64,000 nt of DNA from Parcubacteria group bacterium (GTDB lineage: Bacteria > Patescibacteriota > Minisyncoccia > Moranbacterales > UBA11712). The translations under genes were made by a program, and so were the position numbers. The notes under the pieces were generated by a model, which was not told the origin of the DNA, did no database searches, and was given only the letters and a program-made list of their open reading frames with translations. The stretch covers positions 2,032-66,031 of the forward strand of contig JBAZXV010000006.1 of the NCBI GenBank assembly GCA_041659685.1, written 5' to 3'. Shown here in pieces: positions 1 through 10,874 of this stretch (position 1 is the stretch's first letter; each line of letters begins with the position of its first letter).

Positions 1-171
1 TTCTCCTTCAACCTGGATATCCTTAACTTTTCCTTCATTGACTTGGTTGGCAAGCTCATTAAGATTCACTTCGCTGATTTTTTGGACCGGCGCGTTGTAA
101 ACCATCACAATGCCGGAAATCGCGAAAAAGATGAGAAGAATTATTGCTAAATTTTTAATGAAATTTTTCAT
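1..171 (-). CDS. ftsH: 5' end (N-terminus) of a membrane protein, probably the ATP-dependent zinc metalloprotease FtsH; the gene continues beyond the window start.
   Basis: Reverse-complement translation from the ATG at 169-171 reads MKNFIKNLAIILLIFFAISGIVMVYNAPVQKISEVNLNELANQVNEGKVKDIQVEGE. This gives a TM helix followed by the typical FtsH periplasmic start. It lies downstream of tilS (tilS-ftsH synteny is common). Confidence 0.45.
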   Translation of the reverse strand, partial: MKNFIKNLAIILLIFFAISGIVMVYNAPVQKISEVNLNELANQVNEGKVKDIQVEGE

Positions 172-208
172 ATGTTATTTATAGGAAGCTTGTTCTTAAG
201 AATTAAAA

Positions 209-1093
209 TCATGCTTTACTGATTATTAACTTATCACCTTTTTTTTTAATCTTCAACCCCGTTATCTCTGTTTCCTGTGTTTTGCTTTTGTTGCTTTTTA
301 TTATCTTCATAATTTCGTCTATGTGCCTGAACTCTATTTTTCGAAGATTTGGATTATATTCTTCTATGGCAAGGCGCAGCACTTCCTTCCGGATCGAAGG
401 ATGAAGTTTCCTCAGATCTGCCACGGACAGATTTTTTTTTGCCTTCAGCCATTCGCTGGAAAATAATCTGATAAAGCTATAGTCCTCGGCAACCGATTGC
501 GAGAGATTATACAAGGCTTCCTCGATATTGGGGTTGAAATCCTTTGCGATTTGCGGGAGCAATTGGTTTCGAATTTTATTTCGCGTGAAATTATCCTCAA
601 AATTGGTTTTGTCTGTGCGGGAACCTATCTTATTTTTACGTAAATAATCCAGTATTTCTTTGCGAGAGACATTGAGAAAGGGCCGGATGATGTTTCCGTT
701 TTTAAACTTAATCGCGCCCAGTCCGCGAAGTCCCGTCCCCCGAACGATTCTCATTATTACTGTTTCGGCTTGGTCTCCGCGGTTATGCGCAACTGCAATT
801 GCACCGGCTTTGTGTTTTTTTTGCACCTCTCGGAAAAAATTGTAGCGGAAATTCCGAAGTTTTTCTTCCAAATTTGCAGATTTCGGCGAATATCGACCGG
901 TGCGGATGATTTCAACCGGCAAAGAATATTTTTTGGCAAGACCGCTTACTAATTTTTCATCGAGTTCAGAATCTTTTTTCCGGAGGCCGTAGTTCACATG
1001 TGCGACGACAATCCCAAGGCCGTATTTGTCCTTTAATTGGCAAAAAATATCCAGAAGGCAAACCGAATCCGGTCCGCCGGAGCATCCGATCAC
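209..1093 (-). CDS. tilS: tRNA(Ile)-lysidine synthetase
   Basis: 294 aa; PP-loop motif SGGPDS near the N-terminus; classic position upstream of ftsH. Confidence 0.8.
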   Translation of the reverse strand: MIGCSGGPDSVCLLDIFCQLKDKYGLGIVVAHVNYGLRKKDSELDEKLVSGLAKKYSLPVEIIRTGRYSPKSANLEEKLRNFRYNFFREVQKKHKAGAIAVAHNRGDQAETVIMRIVRGTGLRGLGAIKFKNGNIIRPFLNVSRKEILDYLRKNKIGSRTDKTNFEDNFTRNKIRNQLLPQIAKDFNPNIEEALYNLSQSVAEDYSFIRLFSSEWLKAKKNLSVADLRKLHPSIRKEVLRLAIEEYNPNLRKIEFRHIDEIMKIIKSNKSKTQETEITGLKIKKKGDKLIISKA

Positions 1094-1179
1094 GATTTTC
1101 GCGCCTTGGGAAAATAGATCGTGGCGAAAAATATTTTCCTGGATCTTCTTTATGAGTCTTTTTATCGCAGTTTTACTGA

Positions 1180-1743
1180 CTATTTAAGGTTTTTTCTTAT
1201 AAATTCAATAACTTTTTTAAATACTTCCTCCCGGGAAAGGTCTGTGGTGTCAAGATAAAGGTCGTAATTTTTTGAATCGCGGATGTTTATCCCGTAGTAT
1301 TTTTCATATCTCAAATCGTCGGTTTTTCTCCTCTTGGAGATGTTTTTCATGATATCCTCCAGCGAGCTGAACTTCTTTATTTCGTTTCTTGAATTCCCGG
1401 CCTCCTCCTGAAGCTGTTTGAAAATTCTTCGCGCCCCTTCTCTTTCATCGACTCGCAAATATATTTTCAAAGACACCGGGATCAGGTGCCAGGCCGTCCT
1501 GCTTTCGATTATAAAATCACTCTCGTTTTTTGAAAGCTCGAGAATGTGATCATCCAACTCTTTGTCTATTTGCGGGTCAGATTCTCCCAGTTTCCCGTAT
1601 TCAACAACGGTTAAGCCTCTTCTTTTCGCCATGTCGCGAAAAATTTGGCCCATGTAATATCTTGGGTAACCGAGCGTTTCGGCGATCTTTTTTGCAATCG
1701 TGCTTTTCCCCGACCCCTCATCTCCGTTAAAAGAAACAATCAT
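1180..1743 (-). CDS. cmk: Cytidylate kinase-like P-loop nucleotide kinase
   Basis: 187 aa; Walker A GDEGSGKST; adjacent to rpsA (conserved cmk-rpsA neighbourhood). Confidence 0.55.
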   Translation of the reverse strand: MIVSFNGDEGSGKSTIAKKIAETLGYPRYYMGQIFRDMAKRRGLTVVEYGKLGESDPQIDKELDDHILELSKNESDFIIESRTAWHLIPVSLKIYLRVDEREGARRIFKQLQEEAGNSRNEIKKFSSLEDIMKNISKRRKTDDLRYEKYYGINIRDSKNYDLYLDTTDLSREEVFKKVIEFIRKNLK

Positions 1744-1816
1744 ACTGCCCTTTAAAGAAGGATTATTATTTTCTGAATACTAAATTTCGCTTCCATGTAA
1801 GCGTTAACCGAAAGAC

Positions 1817-3067
1817 TTATTTTTCTTTGCTCGCCCCCGTCAAAGCAAGCCCCATTCGGTGCTCCTTAGGTTCAATGGACAGGATTTTCCATTTGTAGGT
1901 ATCTCCGGTTTGGATGATATCCTCTATATTCTTTCCCGGGTGAGACTCAAGCAGCTCGCTTATATGGGCAAGTCCGTGAATATCGTCATCCAGGTATACA
2001 AAAGCTCCAAAATGATTGATTTTTCTCACTTGACCCTCTACTACGTCTCCCGGCTTGTATTTATTCTCCACTTCAGACCAGGGATCTTTTTGAAGCGCCT
2101 TGATGCTCAGGGACACCCTTGTATCATCAATGCCGATGATTTGGCATTTCACCTTGTCTCCGGTTTTAATGATTTCTCTGGGGTTGTCAATAAGTTGCCA
2201 GGCTAATTCCGAAATATGTACCAGTCCTTCGAGCTTGTCTTCCTCGTTATTGGAATCTTTTTTGCTTGGCGGAAGAAATTTAACGAAAGCTCCAAAATCG
2301 ACAACTCCGCTGACTTCTCCCTCGATAACATCCCCTATCTTGAGTTCTGAAATCGATTTTCTCTCCTGATCGCTGAAGGCAGCCTTTTCGCTTACGATCA
2401 GCTTTTCGCTTTCCCTGTCAGTATCAATCACTTTTACCCGCATTTCTGTCCCTATATATGAACGAAGTTTTTCTAAAATTTTGCTTTTTTCCCCTTCCTC
2501 AACGCGAGGATAGTGCTCGTTTGAAAGTTGAGAAACAGGAAGGAAACCGGTGATTCCGTTAACCTCGACGATAAGACCGCCCTTGTTGGCTTCCAATATC
2601 TTGGTATTGAATATTTCTTCGCCTATTTGCTTTTCTTCAAGATCCAGCCAGGCCTTTTCAATAGAAGCTTCGCGGATTGAGAGTTCGACATATCCCTCTT
2701 CATTCTCAAGATCTGTTACGGTCGCTGAAACGCTGTCTCCGATTTTAAGTTTGTCTGTTGCTCCGAGTCCGTCTTTGATCTCTTTTCCAAGAACAATGCC
2801 CGTTCCAAAAATACCAAGATCCAAGTAGATGGCGTTCGATCCGATTTCGATCACTTTTCCCTCAATGACGTCGCCTTCTTTGGGAAAATTGACCTTGGCT
2901 TGGTTCAAAAAATCGGCCATGCTTGAAGCCGTTTCTTCTTTTTCTTCGGTTTGAGTTTTAACTTCTTCTGATTCCTTTTCTTCCGAAACTGTGCTGATGT
3001 TATCGCTTTTTTCTTCAGAAACCTTGTCGACCTCTTTAGCCAGAGTGTCGTAAATATTATCCAGCAT
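1817..3067 (-). CDS. rpsA: 30S ribosomal protein S1
   Basis: 416 aa with four repeated S1 domains (GDVIEGKV..., GDSVSATV..., GDVIEGEV..., GDKVKCQI..., GDVVEGQV...). Confidence 0.8.
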   Translation of the reverse strand: MLDNIYDTLAKEVDKVSEEKSDNISTVSEEKESEEVKTQTEEKEETASSMADFLNQAKVNFPKEGDVIEGKVIEIGSNAIYLDLGIFGTGIVLGKEIKDGLGATDKLKIGDSVSATVTDLENEEGYVELSIREASIEKAWLDLEEKQIGEEIFNTKILEANKGGLIVEVNGITGFLPVSQLSNEHYPRVEEGEKSKILEKLRSYIGTEMRVKVIDTDRESEKLIVSEKAAFSDQERKSISELKIGDVIEGEVSGVVDFGAFVKFLPPSKKDSNNEEDKLEGLVHISELAWQLIDNPREIIKTGDKVKCQIIGIDDTRVSLSIKALQKDPWSEVENKYKPGDVVEGQVRKINHFGAFVYLDDDIHGLAHISELLESHPGKNIEDIIQTGDTYKWKILSIEPKEHRMGLALTGASKEK

Positions 3068-3409
3068 TTGATTAATGTTTAGGTTAACAATTATACTGCT
3101 AAGGAAGAATATAACATAAATGGAGTTTTAGCAAGGGGCGATCGAAGAAAACAGCTTATATCAGCAGATAATAAGGATTTTAGGAGGATAATATCGAACT
3201 CGTTGTCCTTCCGATGAAAGTGATAAATCGGCGGCCTGATAAGGTTGATATTTTATCTCCGCCGTGCTATTATTCCTTATGCAATGAGCTATAGGCTTTA
3301 TTTTTTATGTCCGGCGGCGATTTCTTCAGAGCTTCGGTCGCCGGAAGTTTAAGTTTTAATTCCAAGGTCGCCGATTTATTATTTATAGAAAGGCGAACTG
3401 ATATCAGGT

Positions 3410-4078
3410 ATGACCATTCAATGGTACGGACATTCTTGTTTTAAGATTTCAACCAAGCCCGAGGGGCGCGGTTCAGGGGAAGATGTGATTGTTTTCACCG
3501 ATCCTTTTCAAAAGGAGATCGGACTCCGCCCTCCCCAGGGAAAAGCCGATATTGTGACAATAAGCCATGACCATAATGACCACAATAACTCAGATGCTCT
3601 CAGAGGAGAGCCGGCGGTTTTGGACATACCAGGAGAATATTCTATTAAAGGAGTTTCGATTAAGGGGGTCAGTTCTTTCCACGACAAGAAGGAAGGGATG
3701 GAAAATGGCTTAAACACAATATTTATATTCGAAAGCGAAGGCGTGCGATTTTGCCATCTTGGCGATTTAGCAACGCCTCTTGACAAGAAGCAGCTTGAGG
3801 AAATAAACGGAGTTGACATTTTGGCGGTCCCGGTCGGAAACCGAAAATCTCTTAATGGAAAGGAAGCTAAAGAGGTGATCGGCCAGATCGAACCGAAGAT
3901 TATTCTGCCAATGCACTATAAAATCGAAGGATCGAAATTTCAAGGCGACGACGAGAAAGTTTTTTGCAAGGAAATAGGTTCTTGTCCAAAGGAAAAACTG
4001 GCAAAATTAATTATCAAAAAGAAGGATTTGGAAGGAAAGGAGATGGAAATAGTCATGATGGAGGCATTGAGCAGCTAA
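3410..4078 (+). CDS. MBL-fold metallo-hydrolase
   Basis: 222 aa; HxHxDH metal-binding motif (ISHDHNDHN). Confidence 0.7.
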   Translation: MTIQWYGHSCFKISTKPEGRGSGEDVIVFTDPFQKEIGLRPPQGKADIVTISHDHNDHNNSDALRGEPAVLDIPGEYSIKGVSIKGVSSFHDKKEGMENGLNTIFIFESEGVRFCHLGDLATPLDKKQLEEINGVDILAVPVGNRKSLNGKEAKEVIGQIEPKIILPMHYKIEGSKFQGDDEKVFCKEIGSCPKEKLAKLIIKKKDLEGKEMEIVMMEALSS

Positions 4079-4079
4079 A

Positions 4080-4514
4080 TTGAAAATAAAGTCAGATTTT
4101 TGTTACGAAAGTTATTTTATGGGGCTTCAGGAATACGTAAAAAATCTTCAAAAAAAGCCTCTTCGCCAGCGCGAACGGATTGCCGTTGCGGCTACTGGCG
4201 TCTCTTTTGCTATTATTCTGATCATTTGGCTCATTTCTTTTTCAGAAATGAACAGTAGCAACGCCCCTGCGGAAAGCAATACTTCAACCATCGATCAGCT
4301 GAAAAACCTGAAGGACGATATGGGAGAAGGAAAGAAATCAATACAAGAAATGTGGAGCCAGCTTCCGTCTCAGGAAGATGTTAATGCCTCCGTCCAGCCG
4401 TCCGGACCAGGAGAAGGGGGCATTAACGGCGCCGATGCTTCCGATAATCAAAATGCGGGCGAAAATGAAAAAAGTGGCGATCAGCAAAATGACGGCATAC
4501 CCCCGCTTCCCTGA
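4080..4514 (+). CDS. Hypothetical membrane protein
   Basis: 144 aa; one TM helix, then a low-complexity tail rich in acidic residues, Gly and Asn. Confidence 0.4.
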   Translation: MKIKSDFCYESYFMGLQEYVKNLQKKPLRQRERIAVAATGVSFAIILIIWLISFSEMNSSNAPAESNTSTIDQLKNLKDDMGEGKKSIQEMWSQLPSQEDVNASVQPSGPGEGGINGADASDNQNAGENEKSGDQQNDGIPPLP

Positions 4515-4632
4515 AGATTGATCAATTACGAGTCAAATATGAGTACGCGAACTGATGGCGAGGAAAGGACATTCCGATTTCGCCGGGATTAGTTCGCGTA
4601 TTGATAAAAATTAGTAATTCTCAAATAAAATC

Positions 4633-7065
4633 ATGGAAATAGGGTACATAAAACCAAGAGAAATAACGAAAGAGATGAAAGAGTCTTATCTCGCTTACGC
4701 GATGAGTGTTATCGTATCGAGAGCTCTTCCGGATGTTCGTGACGGGATGAAACCGGTCCATCGCCGGATTCTTTATGCCATGCGCGGGTTGGGTCTAACC
4801 CATGCGGCGAAATACAGAAAGTCGGCTACGGTAGTCGGAGAAGTACTCGGAAAATACCATCCGCACGGAGATTCTGCTGTTTACGACTCTATGGTGAGAC
4901 TCGCGCAGGATTTTTCCATGCGCTACCCTCTTGTCGACGGACAAGGGAACTTCGGATCAATGGATGGAGACAGCGCGGCGGCGATGCGTTATACGGAAGC
5001 CAAGCTTATGCCTCTGGCTGAAGAAATGATGGCCGATATTGAAAAGGATACGGTCGATTTTATACCCAACTATGATGCGTCAAGAGAGGAGCCCTCTGTT
5101 CTCCCGACCAAAGTTCCCCAGCTCCTTCTTAATGGTACGATGGGAATCGCAGTCGGAATGGCGACAAATATTCCTCCCCATAACCTGGGAGAATTGGTTG
5201 ACGGCCTTATCCATATTATTGAAAATCCGGATTGTGAGGTAAAAGATCTGATGAATTTCGTAAAGGGGCCCGATTTTCCGACCGGAGGATCGATTTTCAA
5301 TCAAAATGACATAAACCAGGCATATCTTACGGGGCGGGGCGGGATAGTTACGCGAGCCGAGACTGAAATTATGGAAACCAAAAACGGCCAATTCCAGATT
5401 ATCGTAACCGAGATGACCTATGCGTCAAACAAAGCAACGACCATATCAAAGATCGCCGAACTCGTGAAAACGGGAAAGATTGAGGGAATCAGAGACATTC
5501 GGGACGAATCAGATAAAGACGGAGTAAGGATTGTCATTGAACTCAAGAAGGAAGCTTTTCCAAAAAAGGTCCTTAATAAGCTTTACAGCCTTACCGATCT
5601 TCAAAAATCGTTTCATGTGAATATGCTGGCGCTTGTGGACGGAATTGAACCGAAGATTTTAAATCTCAAGGCAATATTGGAGCATTTCATCAACCACAGG
5701 CGTGTGGTTGTTACCCGCCGGACAAAATTCGATCTTCAGCGGGCCAAGGATCGCGCGCACATACTTGAAGGACTCAAAAAGGCGCTTGACCATATCGATG
5801 CCGTGATTAGCACAATAAGAAAATCACCCGACAAGGAGGCAGCCCATTCAAACCTTATGAAAAAGTTCAAGCTTTCCGATAAGCAGGCAGCCGCTATTTT
5901 GGAAATGAGGCTTCAGACGCTTGCCGGGCTTGAAAGAAAGAAAATAGAAGATGAATTGAAGGAAAAAAGAGGGTTCATAAAAGAACTCGAAGATCTTCTG
6001 AAGAGTCCCAGAAAGATTTTGGGCGTCGTGAAGAAAGAGCTTACGGAACTCAAGGAGAAATACGGAGATGAGAGAAAAACGCGCGTCGTGAAATCGGCCG
6101 TGGGCGAGTTTAAACAGGAGGATCTTATTCCCAATGAGGAGACAATCATCGTTCTTACGGAAGATGATTACATCAAACGCATGCCTCCTTCGTTTTACCG
6201 TGTTCAAAAAAGAGGCGGAAAAGGCGTGATCGGAGCGGCAACCAAAGAAGGAGATACGATTGATCGGGTGGTGACCGCCATGACTCATGACAGTCTTTTC
6301 TTTTTTACAAACACCGGCAAGGTGTTCCAATCCATGGCCTATGAAATTCCCGTTTCGTCGCGAATTGCCAAGGGTCAAGCCATTGTGAACTTTCTCCAGA
6401 TTGCGCAAGGCGAAAAAATTACCGCCATTATTTCAATCAGCAAAGACAGCCAGGCAAAATACCTGTTTATGACCACCAGACTGGGAACAGTAAAAAAATC
6501 AGCCATTTCTGATTTTGCCAAAGTCCGGCGTTCCGGCCTTATTGCTTTAAATCTGGCAAAGGATGATGAGCTTCGATGGATTGCGCCTATAGCGGGGAAG
6601 GATGAAATAATAATAACAACGGCTTCCGGTCAGGCTATTCACTTCAAGGAAACGGACGTTCGTCCGATGGGACGCGGGGCGGCTGGAGTACGCGGAATCA
6701 AACTAAAAAAAGATGATCTGGTAGTCGGAATGGATCCTGTTTTCAAGGAACAAAAGGGAAATCAACTGCTCGTTCTTACTGAGAACGGATTTGGGAAAAG
6801 AACAGACTTAAAAAGCTATAAAATTCAGCGGCGGGGCGGCTCAGGGATTAAAACCGCAAAGGTAACACCTAAGACGGGAAAACTGGTTTCAGCCCACGTA
6901 GTCAACACAGACGGACTTGAGGCGGATCTGATTGCAAGTTCCGCTAAAGGCCAGATAATCCGAACACCCCTAAAAACCATTTCTGTTTTAGGAAGAGCTA
7001 CGCAGGGGGTGCGCGTAATGAGGTTTAATCAAGACGACAAAATTGCGGCCACGACGGTTCTCTAG
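4633..7065 (+). CDS. gyrA: DNA gyrase subunit A
   Basis: 810 aa; N-terminal signature [28 protein letters not shown] with the active-site Tyr region; C-terminal beta-pinwheel repeats. Confidence 0.93.
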   Translation: MEIGYIKPREITKEMKESYLAYAMSVIVSRALPDVRDGMKPVHRRILYAMRGLGLTHAAKYRKSATVVGEVLGKYHPHGDSAVYDSMVRLAQDFSMRYPLVDGQGNFGSMDGDSAAAMRYTEAKLMPLAEEMMADIEKDTVDFIPNYDASREEPSVLPTKVPQLLLNGTMGIAVGMATNIPPHNLGELVDGLIHIIENPDCEVKDLMNFVKGPDFPTGGSIFNQNDINQAYLTGRGGIVTRAETEIMETKNGQFQIIVTEMTYASNKATTISKIAELVKTGKIEGIRDIRDESDKDGVRIVIELKKEAFPKKVLNKLYSLTDLQKSFHVNMLALVDGIEPKILNLKAILEHFINHRRVVVTRRTKFDLQRAKDRAHILEGLKKALDHIDAVISTIRKSPDKEAAHSNLMKKFKLSDKQAAAILEMRLQTLAGLERKKIEDELKEKRGFIKELEDLLKSPRKILGVVKKELTELKEKYGDERKTRVVKSAVGEFKQEDLIPNEETIIVLTEDDYIKRMPPSFYRVQKRGGKGVIGAATKEGDTIDRVVTAMTHDSLFFFTNTGKVFQSMAYEIPVSSRIAKGQAIVNFLQIAQGEKITAIISISKDSQAKYLFMTTRLGTVKKSAISDFAKVRRSGLIALNLAKDDELRWIAPIAGKDEIIITTASGQAIHFKETDVRPMGRGAAGVRGIKLKKDDLVVGMDPVFKEQKGNQLLVLTENGFGKRTDLKSYKIQRRGGSGIKTAKVTPKTGKLVSAHVVNTDGLEADLIASSAKGQIIRTPLKTISVLGRATQGVRVMRFNQDDKIAATTVL

Positions 7066-7085
7066 CGAAAAATTACGAAATATCA

Positions 7086-7114
7086 AAAGCGGCTTCCCTG
7101 GAAGCCGCTTTTTA
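7086..7114 (+). terminator. Rho-independent terminator after gyrA
   Basis: Hairpin AAGCGGCTTCC-CT-GGAAGCCGCTT followed by a T-run. Confidence 0.6.
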
Positions 7115-7328
7115 GATGACTTTGCATTAAATTCCCGGTTTGTATCTTTTTTCTGTTTATTGTAAAATTCAATTAACATTTCAGAAGCCACAAGGAGATT
7201 TTTAAAATAAATCGGCATTAACCTTTTCGATGCTATTGCTTGCCCGGAAATAATATTGTCAAGAAGGAGCATCCCCGTTCTCCGCCTGCCGGCGACAAGC
7301 ATCCAAAATAAAAATTAATCCAAATTGA

Positions 7329-8768
7329 GTGAATAAAAAAATATCCGTAGCGGCATTTCTTCTTATTCTGCTCATTACGTTTTCCGGTTGCGGGTGCAAA
7401 GCGCCAACCTCAAGCTATCAAGTCAGTCTCGAAGTCTGGGGTCTTTTTGACGATTCCGACGTGATGGCGAAGGTAATAAATGAATATAAAAAACGAAATA
7501 CTTTCGTCAAAGAAATAAATTACAAAAAATTGACGGTCGATTCTTACGAGAATGACTTGAGGGACGCTTTGGCATCCGGCAAGGGTCCTGATATTTTTTT
7601 AATTCATAATTCTTGGCTCTCAAAACATAAAGACAAACTGGCACCGGCGCCTGATTCGGTCATAAATGCAAAACAAATTCAGGATGCATTTGTTGATGTT
7701 GTGTCTCAGGACTTTGTAAGAGAGTCAAAAGTCTACGCCCTTCCTCTTTCCGCGGACTCTCTCGCCCTCTATTACAACAAAGATCTGCTTAATCAGGCGG
7801 GAATTTCGGTTCCTCCAAAAACCTGGCTGGAGTTTGATGATGCGGTTAAAAAAATTACAAAAATCGACACATTCGGGAATATCGTTGTTTCGGGGGCAGC
7901 CATGGGATCTTCGAGCGATGCCAGCGCGGGAGAAGGCAAAATTAACCGGGCGACCGACATCTTAACGGCCATTATGATGCAAGCAGGCGCGGAAATGTAT
8001 GATGCTGAAAGCAACACCTCCACCTTTGCGAAATTCGCCAACAAAAACATCAGTACCGGCAATCAAATACCTCCCGGACAAGCGGCGCTGAACTACTACA
8101 CAAAGTTTTCCAATCGGGATAATTTGGAATACTCATGGAATTCGACCATGCATAACTCCGTTGACAGCTTTATTGAGGGGCAAACGGCGATGACTTTGAA
8201 TTATTCGTGGCTATTGCCGAGAATTCAGTCAAAAGCGCCAAAATTAAATCTCGGAATATCAACTCTTCCGCAAAACATTGATGCAAACGGCAAGGGCCTT
8301 AATCTGAATTTCGCCAATTACTGGGGATTCGCAGTTTCGAATAATAAGGTAATCGAGAGCGGCGTGGATTCAGGCGTTTCCAACGCCCAAGCCACCAATG
8401 ACCAAAGGATCGGGGAGGCCTGGAGGTTCATACGTTACCTTACGATGCCGCCTTCGTACAGCCAGGACGCAGACTTCAAAGCCGCCCAGGACCCGAAATA
8501 TGACCCGGCGGCGGAATATGCGGCGGAGCAAAAAAAGCCGGCTGCCCGAAGGGATATTATCGAAACGCAGAAAAGCGACATTTTGATGGCGCCTTTTGCT
8601 GAAGGAAACCTAGTGGCAAAAAGCTGGCCGCAGCCGGATAATTTGGCCGTAGAGAGGATATTCGATGAAATGATCGACGATGTTGCTCTTCGGAACGCTG
8701 ATTCTCGAAAATCAATCGAACAAGCCCAGAAGGATGTCGATTTATTGATCAAGAAAGATTCTTTGTAA
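7329..8768 (+). CDS. Extracellular solute-binding lipoprotein (ABC-type substrate-binding protein family)
   Basis: 479 aa; lipoprotein signal peptide ending FSGCGC; size and composition typical of sugar-type substrate-binding proteins common in CPR genomes. Confidence 0.45.
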   Translation: MNKKISVAAFLLILLITFSGCGCKAPTSSYQVSLEVWGLFDDSDVMAKVINEYKKRNTFVKEINYKKLTVDSYENDLRDALASGKGPDIFLIHNSWLSKHKDKLAPAPDSVINAKQIQDAFVDVVSQDFVRESKVYALPLSADSLALYYNKDLLNQAGISVPPKTWLEFDDAVKKITKIDTFGNIVVSGAAMGSSSDASAGEGKINRATDILTAIMMQAGAEMYDAESNTSTFAKFANKNISTGNQIPPGQAALNYYTKFSNRDNLEYSWNSTMHNSVDSFIEGQTAMTLNYSWLLPRIQSKAPKLNLGISTLPQNIDANGKGLNLNFANYWGFAVSNNKVIESGVDSGVSNAQATNDQRIGEAWRFIRYLTMPPSYSQDADFKAAQDPKYDPAAEYAAEQKKPAARRDIIETQKSDILMAPFAEGNLVAKSWPQPDNLAVERIFDEMIDDVALRNADSRKSIEQAQKDVDLLIKKDSL

Positions 8769-8780
8769 TCTAAGGATGTA

Positions 8781-10100
8781 ATGGGATTATTCGCCTCAGA
8801 AAAAAAAAGCAAAACAAAAGCTATTTTGATAGTTGTTTTTGTTTTGGCCGCGGGGCTGTTTTTTTCCGGTAAAGCGCTAGCCTGTACATCCGGCGAATGT
8901 CGCCCCACTTGCTTTGACACGGAAAAACCGACGGGAGAAGGCTGCACCGTTTCGGCGGATGGTTTCACTCAAGAAGGATCCTGCTGTGAAAAAAAGAGCG
9001 GCACTGATCTGGTGAGCGGAAAAGTTTGTTCTGAAGACAAAGGAATGGTAGCAGGAAGATGTTACGTCAGCGGCTCAGCGGGAATGGCCGGTTGCTCGGG
9101 AATAGGCCCGGGGTTGGCATTGGGGGAAAAAGGAGAGATGGGTTGTCCAAGCGATCAAATTTGCTGCAAAACGCAGGAATATCAAGATGCAACTCAGGGA
9201 AAGCCGGAAACGTCATCAAGTTCACCGTCTTCCCCCGCGGCAGCGGTTTCGCCCTCTAGCTCAGGAATTGCGGGCGGCCTCGTTCCCTGCAAAGACGATT
9301 GCACTCTTTGCCATCTGGTAATTGGTTTCAAAAGCATTTTTGATTGGCTGATGGGTCTTCTGTTTATTGCGACAATGCTTATTATAACGGTTTCCGGAGT
9401 GTTCTATATGGTGTCAACCGGGAGCAAAACAATGATAGATAAGGCCAAAAAAGCGCTCACATATGCGCTTACCGCCTTTGTAATCGGCATGGGATGCTGG
9501 CTCATGATCAATATCATCATGACGATGCTCGGGTTTTCAAATCCTCTAGGAGGAAATTGGTGGGAGTTTACCTGCGACACGACGCAGACCAAAGGGGCGG
9601 CCCCGAGTTCTTCTCTGCCAACTTCCGGGCAACCGGCCGGGGATTACAAGCCGTCTCAATGCGCGGACGGAGCGCTCAAAAACGCTATGGCACTTAAGGA
9701 TCAGACGATTTATGATCAAGGGCCGCTCAGGGGGAAAAAGGATTCAAACGGTTACTGGCACCTGGATTGCTCGGCGTTTGTGAATAAGTGTTGGCAGGAT
9801 GCCGGGCTCAAAAGTCCCGGCGGTTCCACTAAACAAATGACAGCAAGCAGTTCCATTAATAATGGAAACAGAAACTCCTTCGGTGCCGGCGATCTGTTGT
9901 TGGTCTCCGGACATGTTGTGATGTGCATGGATCAGGGCTGCAAACAGGTTATCCACTCGTCCGGAAAAGATGATAATGTTAAAATATCAAACGGAGATTA
10001 CTATATCAGCAAAGGCGCGGGGGTTATTCGGGCGGCGGATTACGGCGGCAGCTCGTGCAAAACCACTATGCTCAAAATTTTTCCGTCGCGATATAATTAG
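8781..10100 (+). CDS. Secreted three-part protein: Cys-rich ectodomain, VirB2/TrbC-like pilin TM hairpin, and C-terminal NlpC/P60-type cysteine peptidase domain
   Basis: 439 aa. Signal peptide; more than 12 Cys in the first 150 aa. Central two-helix hydrophobic module (FIATMLIITVSGVFYMVSTGSK...KAKKALTYALTAFVIGMGCWLMINIIM) resembles the downstream pilin paralogs. C-terminus has DCSAFVNKCWQDAGL plus GHVVMC, a Cys/His catalytic pattern of NlpC/P60-like hydrolases. Confidence 0.5.
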   Translation: MGLFASEKKSKTKAILIVVFVLAAGLFFSGKALACTSGECRPTCFDTEKPTGEGCTVSADGFTQEGSCCEKKSGTDLVSGKVCSEDKGMVAGRCYVSGSAGMAGCSGIGPGLALGEKGEMGCPSDQICCKTQEYQDATQGKPETSSSSPSSPAAAVSPSSSGIAGGLVPCKDDCTLCHLVIGFKSIFDWLMGLLFIATMLIITVSGVFYMVSTGSKTMIDKAKKALTYALTAFVIGMGCWLMINIIMTMLGFSNPLGGNWWEFTCDTTQTKGAAPSSSLPTSGQPAGDYKPSQCADGALKNAMALKDQTIYDQGPLRGKKDSNGYWHLDCSAFVNKCWQDAGLKSPGGSTKQMTASSSINNGNRNSFGAGDLLLVSGHVVMCMDQGCKQVIHSSGKDDNVKISNGDYYISKGAGVIRAADYGGSSCKTTMLKIFPSRYN

Positions 10101-10112
10101 CCTGTAAAATTT

Positions 10113-10856
10113 ATGAAAAAAAGATATATCATAATATTAATCGTTATTGTTTCGGCCATTATTATTTTGGCTGCTATCAATTTTTTTAAGGAACAAAATA
10201 AAAAAACAAGCCAGCAAACGGAAGAATCAAGTGAAAGCCAGGCGGGTGACGGATTGCCTGACCTGCCGGGTATAGACAGAAAGGAATTTACGGCAGGCGG
10301 CCAAAACAGCCTTTCGGAGCAAATAGATTCCTATGTTGATTCCCAAACAGAAAGCAGGCCTTCTTCGGGAGAAAACAAAGAATTGAAAGATATCCAGTTT
10401 AAAGACAAGGAAGGAAACCCTATTCCGCTTAATGATTTTGAGAAAGCGGTTGGAATAAAAGTTGATGACCAGCTCCAGAAATACTTAAAAAGCGGAGATT
10501 ACAGCTTTATGGTATGTTCCGGCAAAGATGGCGAAGAAAATCACGGTCTGCTCCTGAATATCAGGCTTCTCAGTAAAGAAGAGACTTTTCCCGACGTCAT
10601 AAAAATATTATCAAGGTGGGAGCCGAGCATGCTTTCGGACCTCAGTGGGATACTTTTCAAAAACGCGTCTCTCGGCGAATCCGATCTCTCGAAAAAAATG
10701 GAATTTAAGGATGGAAAGTACAGGTATGCCGAACTTACCCTCGAGAACGGAAAAAAAATCAGTTTGAATTATGTTTGGGTGGATGATTATGTAATATTCG
10801 CCACCTCACTTGAATGCACGGATGAAATATATGATTATGTGTATGGCGCTGATTAA
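10113..10856 (+). CDS. Hypothetical secreted or membrane-anchored protein
   Basis: 247 aa; N-terminal TM/signal anchor; no recognisable motif. Confidence 0.4.
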   Translation: MKKRYIIILIVIVSAIIILAAINFFKEQNKKTSQQTEESSESQAGDGLPDLPGIDRKEFTAGGQNSLSEQIDSYVDSQTESRPSSGENKELKDIQFKDKEGNPIPLNDFEKAVGIKVDDQLQKYLKSGDYSFMVCSGKDGEENHGLLLNIRLLSKEETFPDVIKILSRWEPSMLSDLSGILFKNASLGESDLSKKMEFKDGKYRYAELTLENGKKISLNYVWVDDYVIFATSLECTDEIYDYVYGAD

Positions 10857-10874
10857 GTGTCTAATGGAATACAG

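Noticed and set aside
5848-6408. 186-aa minus-strand ORF inside gyrA
   Set aside because: Antisense to a strongly supported conserved gene; no motifs; typical shadow ORF.
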